This document shows, one piece after another, positions 60,819 through 64,000 of a stretch of 64,000 bases of DNA. Made by a program: the position numbers and the translations under genes. Below the pieces are notes generated by a model. The model ran no database searches, had not been told where the DNA came from, and saw only the letters and a program-made list of their open reading frames with translations. Each line of letters starts with the position of its first letter. The first letter of the stretch is position 1. The stretch is from Polyangia bacterium (GTDB taxonomy: Bacteria > Myxococcota_A > Polyangia > Fen-1088), in the NCBI GenBank assembly GCA_035578045.1, contig DATJWP010000096.1, positions 18,623 through 82,622 of the forward strand, in the 5' to 3' direction.

Positions 60819-62019
60819 GTTGTTGGGTGTGGCGCTGGCCGGCGTCTGTTCGTTCGGCTGCGGCGGTGGCACGTCCGGCGGGCCCGGACCCGCGGCCGAC
60901 AAGTACGTGCTGGGGTCGGTCGTCATCGACGCCGACGGAAACCGGACCACCTACGTTCAGACGATCGCGTCGCTGGACGACGGTCCTTTCGACAACACCA
61001 GGGCGATCGAGCTGCCGGGCAACGGCGTGGTCATGGCGGGGAAGAGCGCGTTCTACGTCGGCCTCACCGAGGAGCCGACCTGGGTCCGCTACGCGCCCGA
61101 CGCCGGCGGCGCCATCGTCGAGGCCGGGCGCATGAGCCTGCTTTCGACCGGGGCCGGCGCCATCGACTACGGAAACGCCATCGTCGACGAGGAGACGGCC
61201 GTGTCCGTCTTCAGCAACCCGCCGCTGGCCGTGGTCTGGAACCCGACCACCATGACGATCACCGGCGAGATCGATCTGGCAAGCCTCGCCCGGGACGGCT
61301 ACGACCTCGAGGTCTGGACCACCGTCGCGCACAACGGGCTGGTCTACGTGCCGGGGCGCTGGTCCGACTGGACCGGCGACCGCATCTACCCGGCGGTGTC
61401 GCTGACGATCCTCGATCCCAAGGCCATGACCGTCCTGGGCACCGCGCTCGACGACCGGTGCGCCAGCGGCGGCCGGCCGGTCTTCGACGCCGCCGGCTAC
61501 GCCTATGTCCTGGGCGACGGCCGCACGTATTCGATCCAGATGTTCGCGAACGCCGCCGGGACGACGGCGCCCCAGAACTGCCTGCTCCGCATCGCGCCCG
61601 GCCAGACCACCTTCGACCCCGGGTACGACTACCCGATTCCGTCTTTGACCGGCGGTCTCGAGACGGTCGGCGAGCTCGACACGGCCGACGCGGACAGCGG
61701 GCTCGGGTACTCGCCCATGTTCTACCCGGAGCAGCTTCCGGCCGGCGTCGAGCCCATCGACTTCGGCTTCTGGAACTATCCGGCGTTCAAGATGTGGCGC
61801 CTCCACCTGACCGATCCCCCCACCGCCGAGGTGGTCGACGGCGCCCCGTTCTCGACGATCGGCTTCACCGGCAGCGCGCTGGGCGGGTATCTTTACGAGG
61901 GCGAGAGCGCCGACGGCGCGACGACCGACGTCTACCAGTATGATCCGACCTCCAATACGGCCCGGAAGCGGTTCACGATGGACGGCTACTTCTACGGGCT
62001 CTTCCCGCTGGAGCCGTAG
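60805..62019 (+). CDS. Lipoprotein, paralog B
   Basis: ATG at 60805 preceded by GAGGAGA. Lipobox SFGCGG. Segments VVWNPTTMTITGEI, LTILDPKAMTVL and FDPGYD are colinear with paralog A. Confidence 0.6.
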   Translation: MLRRELLGVALAGVCSFGCGGGTSGGPGPAADKYVLGSVVIDADGNRTTYVQTIASLDDGPFDNTRAIELPGNGVVMAGKSAFYVGLTEEPTWVRYAPDAGGAIVEAGRMSLLSTGAGAIDYGNAIVDEETAVSVFSNPPLAVVWNPTTMTITGEIDLASLARDGYDLEVWTTVAHNGLVYVPGRWSDWTGDRIYPAVSLTILDPKAMTVLGTALDDRCASGGRPVFDAAGYAYVLGDGRTYSIQMFANAAGTTAPQNCLLRIAPGQTTFDPGYDYPIPSLTGGLETVGELDTADADSGLGYSPMFYPEQLPAGVEPIDFGFWNYPAFKMWRLHLTDPPTAEVVDGAPFSTIGFTGSALGGYLYEGESADGATTDVYQYDPTSNTARKRFTMDGYFYGLFPLEP

Positions 62020-63256
62020 GCCCGGCGGTCCGATCGCCCTCCTCGCGGTCGCGGCCGTCATCGCCGCCCTCCTGGGGAGCCCGTCCGGTCTGCGCGCCCA
62101 GACGCCCGACGCGGGCGTCGAGGATCTCGCCCAGCTCCAGGAGAAATACCGGGCAGAGCCGGACGCGCAGCAACGAGCCCTGATCGTCGCGCGCATGAGC
62201 TGGTTGCCCGGGGCCGACGTGGTGCTTCGCCAGATCCTGGCGACCGATCCGTCCGACGAAGTGGCCATGGCGGCCGGGAACGCCTGGCGGCGCGGGCTGC
62301 TGGGGGGCGTGGTGGGCGCCCTCCAGGCGCGGCTCGACGCCACGACCGACCCGGCCCGACGGGCCCGCCTGGCCCGCGAGGTCGAGCGCTACCAGGTCTT
62401 CGCGGCCGGACAGAACCTGCCGCGCTTCCTGCGCGAGGCGCCGCCCGTCTTCGAGGTGAAGACCGACAGCAAGCGCCGGGTGCGCGTGCTGGCGTTCGGG
62501 GACTTCGGCGACCACAGCCCCCGCCAAGACCGGATCGCCGAGGCGATGCGGCGTTACCACCAGGACGAGCGCTTCGATCTGGCCATCACGCTGGGCGACA
62601 ACTTTTACCCGGCCGGAATCGCGACGCCGACCGACGACCGCTGGCGGCACGAGTTCGAGCGCCTCTACAGCCCGATGCGCATCCCGTTCTTCGCGTCGCT
62701 GGGCAACCACGACTGGGTGCTGGCGGACAGTCCCGCGGCAGAGGTCCTGCACTCGGGCGGTCCGGACGGCTGGCGGATGCCGGCCGCGCGCTATTCGTTC
62801 GTCGCGGGGCCAGTCCAGTTCTTCGCGCTGGACACCGACCTGGTGACGCGCGCCGAGCTCGACTGGCTGGACGCCGAGCTCGGTCGGAGCAAGGCGCGCT
62901 GGAAGGTGGTGTTCGGTCATCACCCCATCTACTCCGAGGGGCTCTATCACGACGAGACCGCGCTCCAGCAGAGCCTGCTGCCCATCCTGCGGGGCCGCGC
63001 GAACCTCTACATCTGCGGGCACGAGCACGATCTCGAGCACCTCACCCCCGACGGTGGGGTCAACTTCGTGGTGGCGGGTGGCGGCGGCGCGCCCACCTAT
63101 CCGATCAAGCCCGGGCCGCGCGCTCTGTTCGTCAGCAACGCCAACGGCTTCGCCGTGATCGACGCGGATCAGAAGGCGCTGACCGTCAGCCTGATCGGCG
63201 CCGAGCTGAAGGTGCTACACCGGTTCACCATCACCGGGGGCTCGGACCGGCCGTGA
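61940..63256 (+). CDS. Metallophosphoesterase (purple acid phosphatase / ACP5-like) with an N-terminal helical extension
   Basis: Motifs GDFGD, GDNFY and GNHDW, then GHHP..., GHEHD. The only in-frame ATG, GTG or TTG start is 61940, giving an 80-nt overlap with the upstream gene. It also gives an SRR-containing, Tat-like signal, so the start is uncertain. Confidence 0.7.
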   Translation: MIRPPIRPGSGSRWTATSTGSSRWSRRPGGPIALLAVAAVIAALLGSPSGLRAQTPDAGVEDLAQLQEKYRAEPDAQQRALIVARMSWLPGADVVLRQILATDPSDEVAMAAGNAWRRGLLGGVVGALQARLDATTDPARRARLAREVERYQVFAAGQNLPRFLREAPPVFEVKTDSKRRVRVLAFGDFGDHSPRQDRIAEAMRRYHQDERFDLAITLGDNFYPAGIATPTDDRWRHEFERLYSPMRIPFFASLGNHDWVLADSPAAEVLHSGGPDGWRMPAARYSFVAGPVQFFALDTDLVTRAELDWLDAELGRSKARWKVVFGHHPIYSEGLYHDETALQQSLLPILRGRANLYICGHEHDLEHLTPDGGVNFVVAGGGGAPTYPIKPGPRALFVSNANGFAVIDADQKALTVSLIGAELKVLHRFTITGGSDRP

Positions 63257-63697
63257 AGCCCTTGCCACCAGCTGGCTGAGCAGGGCGGTCAGCCGGGCCT
63301 GATCGCCTCGAGAGATGACGCCCACCAGGGCTGCCACCTCGGTCGCGACCTGATCCTCGACGATTCGTGACAGCCTGCGTCCCTGGGCCGTGACGCGAAT
63401 GCGCGCCGCGCGTCGATCCTCGCGCGAGGGGATCCGCTCCACCAGCCCGCGCCGTTCGGCCCGATCGATCAGCCCGCTCAGGCTGGACTTCTCGAGCTCC
63501 AGGTAGCGCGCCAGCTCCAGCATGCCCGGCTCTCGATCGCGAAGGATCCCCAGCAGCCGCACCTGGATCAGCGACAGATCGTGCCCGCCGGCGATCCGCG
63601 CCAGCAGCCCGTGCAGATGGAACGACAGCTGAAACAGGCCGTCGACCAGGGTGAGCTCGGGCGTCTTGGCGGGCATGCGCGGGGAGCGGCTGGACAT
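63215..63697 (-). CDS. MarR family transcriptional regulator
   Basis: 160 aa. Winged-helix region LSLIQVRLLGILRD..GMLELARYLELEKSSLSGLIDRAERRGLVER..DRRA. Confidence 0.85.
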   Translation of the reverse strand: MSSRSPRMPAKTPELTLVDGLFQLSFHLHGLLARIAGGHDLSLIQVRLLGILRDREPGMLELARYLELEKSSLSGLIDRAERRGLVERIPSREDRRAARIRVTAQGRRLSRIVEDQVATEVAALVGVISRGDQARLTALLSQLVARASRPVRAPGDGEPV

Positions 63698-63736
63698 TGT
63701 TCGCGAGACGAACTAGATTGTTCGTGTCACGAACAA
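63697..63736. promoter_or_regulatory. Two inverted-repeat operator candidates in the marR / oxidoreductase divergent region
   Basis: TTGTTCG-cgaga-CGAAC at 63697..63713 and the perfect repeat TTGTTCG-tgtca-CGAACAA at 63718..63736. Both share the GTTCG/CGAAC half-sites. Confidence 0.5.
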
Positions 63737-63748
63737 GGAGAGGTTCGC

Positions 63749-64000
63749 ATGAAAGCTGCCGTGGTGCGAGCGTTCGATCAGGCCCCTCATTACGAGGCGT
63801 TCTCGCCGCCGGCGGACGCGGAGGGGACTCTTGTCGACGTCCTGGCCGCGGCGCTCTCGCCCCGCGTCCGTTCGGCGGCTTCGGGCCGCCACTACACCAG
63901 CCGCGGGATCCTGCCGCTGGTGCCGGGCCTGGACGGGGTGGGGCGGCTGGCTGACGGGCGGCGGGTCTACTTCGTGGCCGCCGACGACCGGCTGGGAACG
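63749..64000 (+). CDS. Zinc-type alcohol dehydrogenase / quinone oxidoreductase (MDR) family, 3' end outside window
   Basis: ATG at 63749 preceded by AAGGAGAGG. MKAAVV..F..P. is typical of an MDR N-terminus. The frame is open to the window end. Confidence 0.7.
   Translation, partial: MKAAVVRAFDQAPHYEAFSPPADAEGTLVDVLAAALSPRVRSAASGRHYTSRGILPLVPGLDGVGRLADGRRVYFVAADDRLGT

Noticed and set aside
1-64000. Mobile elements or genomic-island boundaries (transposases, integrases, terminal inverted repeats, tRNA-adjacent integration).
   Set aside because: I recognised none in any frame. Only mild compositional dips were seen (about 39900..40000 and 44160..44720), and these are reported as observations rather than as mobile elements.

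Overview
This is a 64-kb, densely coding chromosomal segment that looks about 70% GC by eye. I call about 60 CDS on both strands. I saw no rRNA, tRNA, CRISPR array, transposase or integrase.

Taxonomy: several signals point to Myxococcota, probably Polyangia/Sorangiineae-like. Two secreted hydrolases end in MYXO-CTERM-type sorting tags (GC[SA]C, a hydrophobic helix, then RRRR). There are about ten lipoproteins with G/T/S/A-rich linkers, a DUF1552/DUF1592 pair and a bactofilin.

Gene content in order:
- A PoxB-like / YdiJ-like / ASRT-like operon.
- A secreted ComEC-type MBL hydrolase with a DUF3006 partner.
- A hybrid histidine kinase, a GH43+CBM32 hydrolase and a Kef-type antiporter.
- A di-heme cytochrome c lipoprotein, Hsp33 and several secreted hydrolases or binding proteins.
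- A DUF1592-DUF1552-CBM operon.
- A bactofilin / pentapeptide-repeat / HhH operon.
- An L,D-transpeptidase, TatD, a beta-helix lyase-like protein and an FKBP isomerase.
- A five-gene translationally coupled operon built around an OmpA-like + PG-binding + metzincin-motif protein.
- Cytochrome c peroxidase, DinB, transaldolase and an ECF sigma/anti-sigma module.
- A large iron-acquisition block: a Com-like zinc ribbon, a TonB_C-TBDR fusion, PepSY, a DUF3325-like protein, ExbB-ExbD-TonB, an FTR1 permease flanked by paralogous lipoproteins, and a purple-acid-phosphatase-like esterase.
- MarR with a divergent MDR oxidoreductase (3' end cut by the window).

The best candidates for undescribed biology are:
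1. The bactofilin + pentapeptide-repeat + HhH trio (26808..29622).
2. The metzincin/OmpA/PG-binding five-gene operon (37073..42885).
3. A duplicated promoter-leader module, together with a Com-like zinc-ribbon ORF coupled to a TonB-dependent receptor (51792..52119 and 56689..56785).

All family assignments rest on motifs I read in the translations and on recalled family signatures. No database search was run.
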